This document shows, in pieces, positions 53,284-64,000 of a stretch of DNA of 64,000 nt. The translations under genes were made by a program, and so were the position numbers. Position 1 is the stretch's first letter. Every line of letters begins with the position of its first letter. Source of the DNA: Magallana gigas (Eukaryota). The notes beneath the pieces are model-generated. The model ran no database searches. It was not told where the DNA came from and worked only from the letters and a program-made list of their open reading frames with translations. Where the stretch lies: assembly GCF_963853765.1 (NCBI RefSeq), contig NC_088854.1:22506001-22570000 (forward strand), written 5' to 3'.

Positions 53284-53463
53284 NNNNNNNNNNNNNNNNN
53301 NNNNNNNNNNNNNNNNNNNNNNNNNNNNNNNNNNNNNNNNNNNNNNNNNNNNNNNNNNNNNNNNNNNNNNNNNNNNNNNNNNNNNNNNNNNNNNNNNNNN
53401 NNNNNNNNNNNNNNNNNNNNNNNNNNNNNNNNNNNNNNNNNNNNNNNNNNNNNNNNNNNNNNN
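53284..53463. other. Assembly gap (N run)
   Basis: Ns in sequence. Confidence 1.
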
Positions 53464-53535
53464 ATCAACAACACTAGGCATCTTTAAAGTGTCGGATCTA
53501 ATATATAGATACTAAGCCAGTAAACTGAATATAAA

Positions 53536-53664
53536 AAGCACTAAAAATGGCTAATGACACGAACAATAGAAATTGTCAAATTTTCGGGACAACCAAGAAG
53601 AAGGGACTGGTTGTCCCGAAAATTTGACAATTTCTATTGTTCGCGTCGTTAGCCATTTTTAGTG

Positions 53665-53667
<3 letters not shown>
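53536..53667. repeat. Long palindrome (about 60-bp arms, 12-14-nt loop)
   Basis: AAGCACTAAAAATGGCTAATGACACGAACAATAGAAATTGTCAAATTTTCGGGACAACC / GGTTGTCCCGAAAATTTGACAATTTCTATTGTTCGCGTCGTTAGCCATTTTTAGTGCTT. Confidence 0.9.

Positions 53668-53740
<73 letters not shown>
53667..53740. repeat. (TA)n microsatellite
   Basis: Pure run. Confidence 0.98.
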
Positions 53741-53743
<3 letters not shown>

Positions 53744-53851
53744 CTAGTGAACATAAACGTAGTAATTGACGGCACGTACGTACAGCTACATTGAAATAAA
53801 AACGAATTCATCTATTCCATGTCATTTACAAATTTAGTGTTTATTACACTT

Positions 53852-53854
53852 CAT

Positions 53855-53888
<34 letters not shown>

Positions 53889-54019
53889 GAAGGATAATTG
53901 TGTTTGCCAGGGGGGGTCCGAGGCATATTTTCGCGATAATTTTACTATGTAAATTTAATAAATTTTCATTTTCCAGGGGGGGTCGGGACCCCCCCGACCC
54001 CCCTCTAGATCCGCGCATG
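53852..54019. mobile_element. 168-bp MITE with 5-bp TSD CACTT
   Basis: CACTT|CATGCGCGGATCCAGA ... TCTAGATCCGCGCATG|CACTT. Confidence 0.85.
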
Positions 54020-54408
54020 CACTTTCATGTTGCCTAATAACTTATGTTCGTATCAAAACTTCAATAGCTACTACAAGTATATAGACTAAGCGGCTAAACT
54101 GTAGCGCTACGGCAAATTCGGGTTGGTAGACAAGCGCTGTACATAGAAATTTGCGGTATTCTTGTAGATCTAGTTTGCTTATGACAAACACTTCACATAT
54201 TTTTTTTAATTTCAGATATTTTTTTTTGTTAATCACTTCTTAAGATTTACTTACGAGTTCAGTCGGTCTGCAATTTTTTGCCACTCTCTTTTTTTTTTTT
54301 TATTTCCCTCCCCTTCTTAATCCCATACCCCTTAATCGACCCAAATAGCAGAGTTGCTCTCGCTTTTACTTCCTCAATGAGGGCAATTTCTTCGTCAACC
54401 CCCCAATT

Positions 54409-55099
54409 CAATCGCAACTTCTCGGGCCTTTCCGGCAAGCTCGGAAAAACACCTCGAATGTATTAACATCAGCGGATGTTAGAATTTTATACAAAATGGA
54501 GTCGCTTCCCATTAAAATAAGTATCGGCTAGACAGTCTTGTATGTCTGTGTTATATTTTAGTTTGTTATACTTTCATGTTAAATACTGAAATCTGATTGG
54601 TTAAGACGCAGTTAATAATATTTACTATTACCCTCAGCGTTAGCAACGCACTTGGCAACGGGTAACATTAAAAAATGTTACATGCGCGAAAATTATGCGC
54701 GTACGGTTCGCTGTAGAATTCACGTTATTCCTATATAAAAGCAGTAAAATTTTCTTAAAAATTTTAAAAAAGGCATTCAGTATAACAAAATAAATAGTGC
54801 CTGTTTGGGAGGATAACAGTTGAAATTGACACCCCTCGAAAACCATTGTCAACCTCCGCTTCGCGTCGGTTGACAATGGTTTTCTCGGGGTGTCAATTTC
54901 AACTGTTACTCTCCCAAACAGGCACTATTTATATAGTATATCGTTTACTTTAATGAAGTATAGCTCACATCTCAACAGATCGTAAAATGTGTTCTATTTA
55001 TTTCAAGTTTTACAAAAAGGGGGGTTGTCATGGACGCCTAGTTAATACATTCGAGGTGTTTTTCCGAGCTTGCCGGAAAGGCCCGAGAAGTTGCGATTG
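54409..55099. mobile_element. MITE with perfect 59-bp TIRs and 10-bp TSD (Mutator-like TSD length)
   Basis: TIRs 54409-54467 and 55041-55099 are exact reverse complements; CCCCCCAATT lies on both flanks. Contains the palindrome 54791-54931. Confidence 0.9.
54791..54931. repeat. Long palindrome (64-bp arms, 13-nt loop TCCGCTTCGCGTC)
   Basis: TAAATAGTGCCTGTTTGGGAG...AAAACCATTGTCAACC / GGTTGACAATGGTTTT...CTCCCAAACAGGCACTATTTA. Confidence 0.9.
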
Positions 55100-55297
55100 C
55101 CCCCCAATTCTGCCTAGTTTCTTTTCCATTACTTTTCCAAAATAACAAAGCACACGATAAAATATGCAAAACCCGTGTTTATTTACACGTAACTATAAAT
55201 GTTTCTTACTTTTCTGACGCAGAAGTGCTCCACTAGAATCCTTTGAGTCATTGAAAAAAAATGCGCGAAAACCGTCTCACGAGAACGTAAATTTGAG

Positions 55298-55417
55298 AAA
55301 ATTCTCAACTCAAGTCTTGAGAATTACTCAGCTAAGAATATTCTCAAGTGGCTTTATGACGGTGATTTTGAGAATATTCTAAGCTGATTAATTCTCAAGA
55401 CTTAAGTTGAGAATTTT
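55298..55417. repeat. Imperfect palindrome built from TTCTCAA/TTGAGAA units
   Basis: About 50-bp arms around a 20-nt spacer. Confidence 0.75.
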
Positions 55418-56549
55418 TTTGAGAATTCTCAAAGTTTTATGGCGGCAGACCCAGAAGTTACTCATAGTGTTGAAAATAAAGGTGTTTATGATAGAAATGA
55501 ATTTCCGAAATTTTTGTCGGTTTTTTTTTTTGCAATATTTAACCCCCATGGTCGGGTGCCATTAAAAAAATGTATCCTAATTTATTCTTTTGAACAAAAC
55601 TTATCAAAATATCAAAGTTTGTTTAGGGGCAGTCCGGTCCTGAAGGATATCTAGGCCAAAAACCATGCATAAATATACAATTTTACTGAGAGAATGCTGT
55701 TTTAGCCGACTTTGAAGATTAATTATAAAATAGCAAGAACAATATGTTAAATTAGGTTAAAAAACAAATTCAAAAAAATTTGAAATATGAACAATAGAAA
55801 ATAACAAAAAAACTTTGATTTTCAAAAGTTGTTAATCGCAATATTTAGATCCTTTCACAAGTATTTTTAGACTTTCCGCATACCTGCAGGAGTTGTCTTT
55901 CTTCATTAAGTTTACAGAAAAACAAAACGAAAGTAGTTTTTCTAAGTTTTACAAGTTTAGTAAGTCTTCTTAATATCACGTAAGTATTAGCATTTAAACT
56001 TATCTATTTTATATCTAACAACAGTTCTTAATATCCCATTACATTTCAGCTTGTCAGTCCGAGTTCTAAACCGTAGCATGTGCTGTTTATCGTTGGTCAC
56101 CGACAGTATAGTTTAATTTCAGTGTATGTACACATGTACATGAATGTTCACGCACGTATTATTGATTTCATATCATTTCATATTGAACCCAATTTGTAGG
56201 ACGACTAGAATAATCCTAAACCACCTCAACAAAAAACTAGAATAAATTTCAAAAAGCTGAAGTTCACAAGCCTCAAATTCATTGAAGATAAAAAACTTGG
56301 AAAAGGGGTGGATTATTGTCAACTTTCACTGTCTCGTGTTTCTTAATCAGTTTTGTATGGTGTTCCGATGGGGCCACTTCGACCTTCGTACTTTCGCCTT
56401 TAGGTCGATGATGCAGATGATAGTAGTATCGCATCTTCGCCTTCGCAACTTCTCACTTTCGCCATTGCATCTTCGCGCTTCGCCGTCGCATCTTCGCACT
56501 TTCGAACACTTGATGATCATCCCAATCCCTTCCGTGTTGAAATTTTAAT

Positions 56550-57200
56550 GTGTTTTTTTTTATTTTTTTTGTTTTTTTTTTGTTTTTTTTTTTTTGAAAC
56601 GTTTTATTGAAACTCTTTTACATTTTTACATACATGGTATAAAAAAAATTAATATATAGCGTATTATTATGCAAAATAGTTATATATGATAGAGAAAGTA
56701 AAAAGAGAGAGAAAAAAAAGACAGACAGGCAATATCATCATGTACATCAAACATAAATCAGCTATTGTATATTTTATTTCTAGTACTAACTATAATAGAT
56801 TTTGGGTTTATAATTCATAAGTTCTATGTAATAGCTAATATATATGCTACCTACAGCAAATCACAAATTGCTTTCCATTCTCTTTCATATTCTAAATATT
56901 TGCAGTTTTTTAATAACATAAATTTCTGAATAAGGAATCTGTCGGCAATTATGATACTTAAACCAAAAAAGTCAAGTTTTTGGATAGGTTTGAACTTACA
57001 AGAAAAAATGTATTGTTTTACAATAAGTATCAATAAGTTCTGAACTCTGTATAATTTATTATTGTTGTATTTACCAAAAAGTATGCTTTTTTTATCAAAA
57101 ACAAAAGAGACATTATATTTTGTTAAGAACAGCTCTTCAATTCTATACCATATATCCTTAACTTTATTTATAGATACGTCAATGGCTATAAACACATCCC
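56550..57200 (-). mobile_element. 5'-truncated L1/Tx1-like non-LTR retrotransposon
   Basis: Minus ORF 57195-56851 (..W..IE...ILFG...NLLILIVKQYIFSCK...W) resembles the L1/Tx1 ORF2 C-terminus. It is followed by a 3' UTR, AATAAA and a poly(A) tail (plus-strand T run about 56550-56595). The 5' limit is approximate. Confidence 0.75.
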
Positions 57201-58945
57201 AACTTGAAAATTGCCAACGAGTCGAAGTACAAATATGATATTTTTGATTTTGGATGTGTTTATTATGAAAGACGGTTGATTTAAACGGCTGCCAGAGAAG
57301 ATTTGGATGAAAGATGTTAATGTTCCTTTGTTTAAAAAAGGGAAGACGACTGCACTAGGGTTTTCGATAATATTAGAAAAAACACAACATAGTTGAATTT
57401 AAAAAAGGCCATTTATTAAAAAGTTAAAAAAAACCCCTGTATATATTGAGACGAGACTAGAAAAAACAGCTGATACATTTTTCAATATAGTTGACAACAT
57501 ATATAAACTGACCCCCTCCATAAAAACACATTAAAAGTATGGCACTGATATGCCAATCATCAAAAGAGGGTGGGATATACAAAATATTATTTCTAAAAAA
57601 AAACCCGCCTATACAAATTATTAAAAAACCACAAAAACTAAAAACGTCAATTACATGAAAAACGATATATATGTACAAAAAAAATGAACTTAAGGTTGAA
57701 GATGGGCGTGAATGGAAGGTTTTCCGATAAAAAGATTTGGATAAAAGTACTGTATGCCCTTGATGTGAATTTAGTAATTTGGACTTCTGCAATAATATAC
57801 ACACTTTTGTCAGCAAACACGATTTTCTAGTTGAAAAGGCATAAGGGCGTAACTTGGGTGGCAGGGGATAGTTTTTTTGGTCGAGGAAATGTGAGGCAGA
57901 TAGTGCTCATATATGAGAATCGATTTTTCAGTGGATTTTTAAATTTGCTAAAATTGGTTTGCATGCAGGGGACACACGGTCCCGACTCTCGAGAATTTTT
58001 AAACATTTCAGAATAAAACAAGTACAACTTACATCTAGCACTATAAAGAATAGTCAGAGACGGTCTCAAAGTTCTCTGAAAAATTGTCCTTTTTTCACAT
58101 TTTCACGGGTCCAGAACCACGCTCCAGTCCCAAGCAACTGCCATAAACTATCATAGCGTTGGTAGCTTAATGTATACCCATGCAAATAATCACCAATTGA
58201 TGGGGGGTCAATCACCTTCTTTTTGAGTGACATTTCGTGTTCTGAACCCACCCTACTTTTCAAGCACAAAACCAAAAGTGAAAATTTTGGCCACAGTTTC
58301 GTATTTTCATTCCATATATGATGAAAAGTGCTACCAGTATTAAAGTGTCATATATCAATGAAATTGACATGAGCTCCTCTATCCACAAAATGAATGCAAT
58401 AAATATTCTAGCAATTTATACCCCTCAAATAACCAGCCAAACCTTGGGTTTTAAAGCCCTTAGAACCTAACGATACCGAGATTAATACAGCCCAATGAAT
58501 AAAATTAAATTAATAGAGATTTTCCCATGTATGAAACTAATTGATGATGGAGGTACAATGCTCAAAACATTAATTATCGCGAGGGTGGTTAAAATCAATA
58601 TTATTTCAAAGTAAATCTGTTAAATTTTTAAAATAAATAGTTGATTCTTTTAAAGTTATGACCGACAAGGCTTTTTCTGGGGTTTTTTTTGGTTTTTTTT
58701 GTTTGTTTTTTTTTAAACTTTTTGGATTACGCATGGATCAAGTAATATATTATAATGGCGGATCTGTATAGTATTCAAGATTAGTTTATTGTAGCAATGA
58801 AGAAAAAAAGACTGGGATGGGGCAGAAAAACATGCTTTATATTATTAGATAAATTAAATTGCGTTCATTAGGTAACATACTCGCATTTTATTTTTTCAGG
58901 CGGAGTGCTTCCTTTGTTGATTTTGACATTATACATTGATACAAA

Positions 58946-59157
58946 ATGTCATACGGAAAGTACGAGTATACTCCTCTCCCAAGGCACATTGAGTCAAGGC
59001 ACGATATAGACCCAGACAGCCAGGTTCCTAAAACCAATATAATGATCCATTATATATGTACTTTTTACCATCGGTTTTGTCATTGGATTTTTCCGTGAGT
59101 ATTGATGCAATAAGAAACACAAACATTAACATACTGAATTTAAGGTTGTAAGCACAA

Positions 59158-59211
<54 letters not shown>

Positions 59212-62200
59212 ATTTACAATGTATTTCAAAATAGGTATAAACATTTTTTTGATTACAAGGTTTAAAAATTGGCCTATCCTACACACATATACATTTATAT
59301 ACCAACACGTTTGTAAGAAAAGGGAAAATCACACAAACAACATGAGAATATACAATGCTATAAAGCTAATTTTTTATAAGTTATGGAAGTATTTAATGTT
59401 TTTCATATAGGTAACATATTTGCTATGAAATGCAGAATAATATGTCATCAAAATATTTGAATTCAGTAAAGATAGCTACAGCAAGTATCAACAGATCATC
59501 TCATTTAGATATTATAGTTACATGTAATTCTACTGTGCAGAAAGAATGATGAATCAGAGGTGCCAGTTTATTTGATAGCACATTAAGTAAATAGAATATA
59601 AATGACACTATTAGATGAACACGTATTCCAAATGTGTATTTCACAGTAGGACTCTGAATCTCAAATACACCAAATGTCTTTTTTTCTTTGAAATAGGTAA
59701 AGTACAAATCATTTAATTTCACCTGAAAAAGCCAAGTGTTTGGTACAAGGGTGTCCTCGTTTAAGAAAAAAAATCAACTTGTTTTTCCTGGTCACCTTAG
59801 AATGCAATATCCCTAGTAAACATATGGTGTTGTTTGTTATTTGAATATGGATTTGATAATGAAATTAAAATGAAGATATAACCTCAAATGCAGTAATCAG
59901 CCGACTAGTACACGTTTGTTGATTATTTTATTTCTCTACAGTGAAGGATGTTTCAGAATTATTGCAAGGATTTTAAATATACGGAATAGACTTGGAGCAG
60001 GACATTCAAAGAGGTATTGCGTCCTTTAAGCAGACGTGTCTTTACAGCATTTCATTGCATCATTACATATATGTATATCAGATATTTAATATGGGCCTTT
60101 TAAGCCTATTGACCCCATTCATATGCATTTTACCCTGCGATCATTTAAACTATGTAGATCTATACGAGGATATATACAGAAAATATTGTACAAAATATGA
60201 ATAGAATATAACGAATAAAAGAAATTAGGAAAACGAATTCGAGCTGTAAATAACATAAATAGTATCGTTTATTTGTAAATACAGTCTTTTGTTCAATTCT
60301 GTGTAAAGCTCATTATGTTACGAACAGTTTTTTCTAAGCATAAGAGTAATACTGTAGACTAGGTATTAAATTTATGTGCAAAAAAGCGACTGAAAACTGA
60401 TTTGCGAAAACTAATTACCGCGGTCAAGAAGTCGTTTATTTCCAACAGAGAGTAATACTGGTCCGCGTCAATGAATATCCGCAGGTAAATTTCATGGGAA
60501 TTTATTGCACCTATATAATACTTGGTTTACAGTACTTGGTAAGTCAAGTTTTTTTGTTCGTGTTCCAGGACCAACGAGTATGAAAATGAAATGACAGAGT
60601 TACAGACATTGAAAGAAAGGTTAGACAAACGGTATGATGTTTGCATGTTGTTTATGAATAACCTAGAATCGTATCCTTTCCATTTTTAAAAACTCTTCAG
60701 TGGCTATTAATAATAGGCTTATTTTGAAACTAGGATAAAACTACTTTGTTTTACACCCAAAGCTCTCTGAAGCCTCTATGGCCATTTAAGAACATTTTAC
60801 TTTATATCATAACGGTGCATCATTTTCATTTATGGTTTGTTGAAAAAAGTGATAAAACGTCATCGTTCAGACTTCATATTTCCATAAAGAGGAAGTTTCA
60901 TTAAAATGTGTTTTTTTTTTACCAACTTTTTTTTCTTATAAAATAACATCAGATTACTCATACTTTAAATTTGTCGCGGTATTTTTTTGCCGAAAGAATT
61001 ATGGAACTGCTGTAATAAATATCAATTAAGTTTAATTAAATTTAACCCCCGATTGCTCTGACACATGTAAGGTGAAGAAATAGTGGAGAAATACACTCTT
61101 AACAGTCTTTTACAAACACGATTTGAACGAGTTCATTTATTCATTTATTGTCTATGCACATTTAAAAATAACCCAACGCTATGTATCACTGAATCAATTT
61201 CTGCTCATTTTTTACATTTATGAATGATGATAAATTTAAATCTGACGTAAGCCCGTCTGTTTCACTTTCAGCAATTCCTTCAAAAAAGTTTTGAAAGCCG
61301 CAATGAAATGTTAAACACTCTTTGGAATGTACTTTTCATTTTCTTTTTGATCGATTGCAAATGCGTCTAAAAATCATTGGTTTAAATGCTGTGAAATGAT
61401 ACAATCTGCAGACTGTTGAAATATTTACTGTCACCCAATAACAAAATAACCAAAACAGTATGAATTCGTTTGTCAGGGTGGAAGAATATGCGAGGGAAAA
61501 TGAAAGACTTAAAGAAGAGAATGAGGAACTTATTAAAAGGTATAAAAATAATATATCTAAATAAAAAGCTTACTGTTATATTCTCTGTGATTACAATATT
61601 CAATTCAAACAACTAATGTATTTTACCCATTTTTTGAAACTTGTTATGGTGTTATATAGAAAACCTAATAAATCGCTGCCTTAATTTACCAACGACAAAT
61701 GTACTTGCATGAATAATTATTAAGATTTTGAAAATGAAAACAGCTTCACGTGATCAATGTTTGATATAAAAATTTCGTATTTTTATCATAAGTATGTATT
61801 TCCGATCCTGTCTGTCCGGTCCACTTCTATAAAGTAAGTTGTTAAGGGGAAGATTTACAATATACACACAAAAAGTAAACACTCAAAAGGAACGTTAACT
61901 ATGCAAAAGGTCAAGAAAGTTAAACCAGAGTATGTTAAATTTATTAAATAAAAACATTAATTTCTCTAATACCATACATAAAAAATAAATGAAGTTTTAT
62001 TAAAATACCATCATGTTAATTAATAAGCGTGTATATCAAAATATATATATTGCATGCAATAATTTGAAGCAATGAAAAAACGTAATGCCAGTTTTGAGAA
62101 CCCGTTTTCACGCGTAAACTAAAAAACAAAAAAGTGATAAACGTCGTTTGAATTTGATTATTACTCGTTACACTAAAAACATAGTAAAGTTTAATGATCA

Positions 62201-63936
62201 ATCCAAGTATTTTAGACTTTAACAGTTGAACTATTTTATTTCTGGTAGAATTAAAGAACTGGAAAATAATTTGGAAGCATCAAACAAAGATAATTTACGG
62301 TATGTTCCTTAAATATAAAAAATACGTGAAAAATTATTTTGATTATTTTAAAACATTATTATAATATTTTGGCACAAAATAATATTGCTAATATTTTATA
62401 TTTCTTTATCGTTTACAGATTGTATAATCAAGTGAGAGATCTCCAGAAAAGGTGACATTTTACTCTCATTTGTGATAACAATTAATGTTTAGGTCCCGTA
62501 AGTCATTAAGGGACGTGTTAATACCTGAGTATGCCTATTGGCGTGCGTCGTACGTTGGTCAAAATAAAAACAATATAACATTTTTTTATATTCTTATCTA
62601 AAACTACAATGTCAGTTTTAATGAACCACGTTTTTTTTTACTAAAAAAGGAACATTTAAATTAATAGATAAATTTAATTAAAATTGGTAAAATAATTCTA
62701 CATCATAATTCATAAAAAAAATCATTAAAATAAATCAAATGAAAAAAAAAATATTTTATCAGCTTGTACTGAGCATCTAACAGATAAACAATGAACATGG
62801 TTATTATTAGTATAGAGGCCTGACGCGAAATTGTCAAAACTGTGCCAACGGATTAGTCATTTTGGTTTCTGGGCGAAGCCCTATTGAATTATTTATAGTA
62901 AAATTAAATAATTTCTTTGATAAAAGAATATCTTCTACTACTGGACATCTAAAAAACTGTGAAATGCATCAACCTAGCTAAAAGCGTTAGTTTCTGATGC
63001 AGAGGTATTTGGGGGAAGCTGACTCCTTTGATTATGAATTGACTTTAATAACAACATTAAAGTGTTCCAAATTTTTTTTTTATATATATACCAGTTTGAC
63101 ATCTGTGACAGCCCAAACAACGTAATAAAACATCGTGTTTATTCACATAGTTATACAATTGATAAGTAGTCATTTTATGTCTGATGGGGCTCTGTTGGTC
63201 AAACAGTAGTTATATATTAAAAAGTATAATTCTAAATTTACATTTTATGATTCACTGATTGGTACAATTTTATGAAAACTGGTCACATTAACCGGACTGA
63301 ATAACATACTAGTACTCAACCGTTTTACAACCAATGGATACTTTTTGTTTCAATTAAACTCTTTTATCGAACTCGCTTATTTGATACTCTAGTACATTAT
63401 AATAATTTGTTGATTATTATACTTCAGCTATTCAGTACTTGCCAAAAGCTATGAACAGGAAAAAGAAGAGAAAGAAAAAGCTCTTACAAGGTAAAACGGG
63501 CATCCTGTTTATGTTCTATTTATTTTATATCTCATCTTTAAATGAAGTCTTCTTCCGTTTTAAACAAATAATATACAAAAGGTTCACTGTTTGTGGCATG
63601 ATAACTTTAACCTTTTATCCTCCTCGTCTGTGTTTTGGTGTTAAATATACAAAGGCTCTCATCATACCTGATAGAGAAATCTATAAAAAAAAAATGAATA
63701 TCATTTCGTTTTACATTTTCTGCTTGGAATTTGGTTTTAGATTGAGCTCAGTGGCTGGTGAAAGATTGCGGTTTAATAATCCAGCAATAGCAGATTTGTC
63801 GGATGAAAATCGCCCCAACAAACTGGCTGAGAAGTTTAGCGAGCTTTACGACAACGAATGGACAGAATTTTATGAAAATATGGAAGGAACCGGGTCTGAA
63901 GAAGAAATAATAGGACAGATTGTACAATTGTTAAAG
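58946..63936 (+). CDS. SPATA18-like: Gene I (3'-partial): N-terminal Cys/aromatic segment + microexon coiled coil + start of MIEAP-like domain
   Basis: Exons 58946-59094, 59942-60013, 60569-60631, 61477-61539, 62249-62299, 62419-62451, 63428-63490 and 63741-63936 (196 nt as in G; LSDENRPNKLAEKFSELYDNEWTE). All upstream junctions are phase 2. The gene continues beyond the window. Confidence 0.78.
59164..59208. repeat. (CT)n microsatellite in gene I intron 1
   Basis: Pure run. Confidence 0.98.
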
Positions 63937-64000
63937 GTTTACAAAATCACAACATTTTTCTAAGTCTAGTTAATTTTGGAACTAGAGAGGTCACGGCAAT

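Noticed and set aside
60363-60470. Internal coding exon of gene I
   Set aside because: Every acceptor tested gives an in-frame stop or the wrong exit phase.

Overview
AT-rich, intron-rich eukaryotic DNA, most likely from a bivalve mollusc such as an oyster (inferred from repeat types and gene families). It has two assembly gaps (35745-35906, 53284-53463). All gene models were built by hand from splice signals, phase continuity and paralog similarity; none has transcript support. (1) Left half: four paralogous type-I membrane proteins (A and B on +, C and D on -). Where the ectodomain is complete (B, C, D) it has a signal peptide and 12 Cys; all four have a TM helix and divergent tails. The cluster shows several built-in diversification devices: a duplicated exon in B, tandem 5' splice sites in D that would switch membrane-bound to secreted, and extra phase-compatible terminal exons behind B sharing a motif with the D tail. 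(2) A young Ty3/gypsy LTR element (17598-22639, minus strand; 585-bp LTRs with 1 mismatch seen). It has intact gag-protease-RT, has lost integrase, keeps the tail of an accessory ORF with LC8-type TQT motifs, and has no target-site duplication. (3) Right half: four tandem MIEAP (mitochondria-eating protein/SPATA18 C-terminal)-domain genes (F, G, H, I on +). The coiled coils of H and I are built from symmetric phase-2 microexons, mostly in heptad multiples. Interspersed are TTAA MITEs, Helitron/Helentron-type elements, long palindromes, a 5'-truncated L1/Tx1-like LINE, a Harbinger-type Myb/SANT relic and microsatellites.
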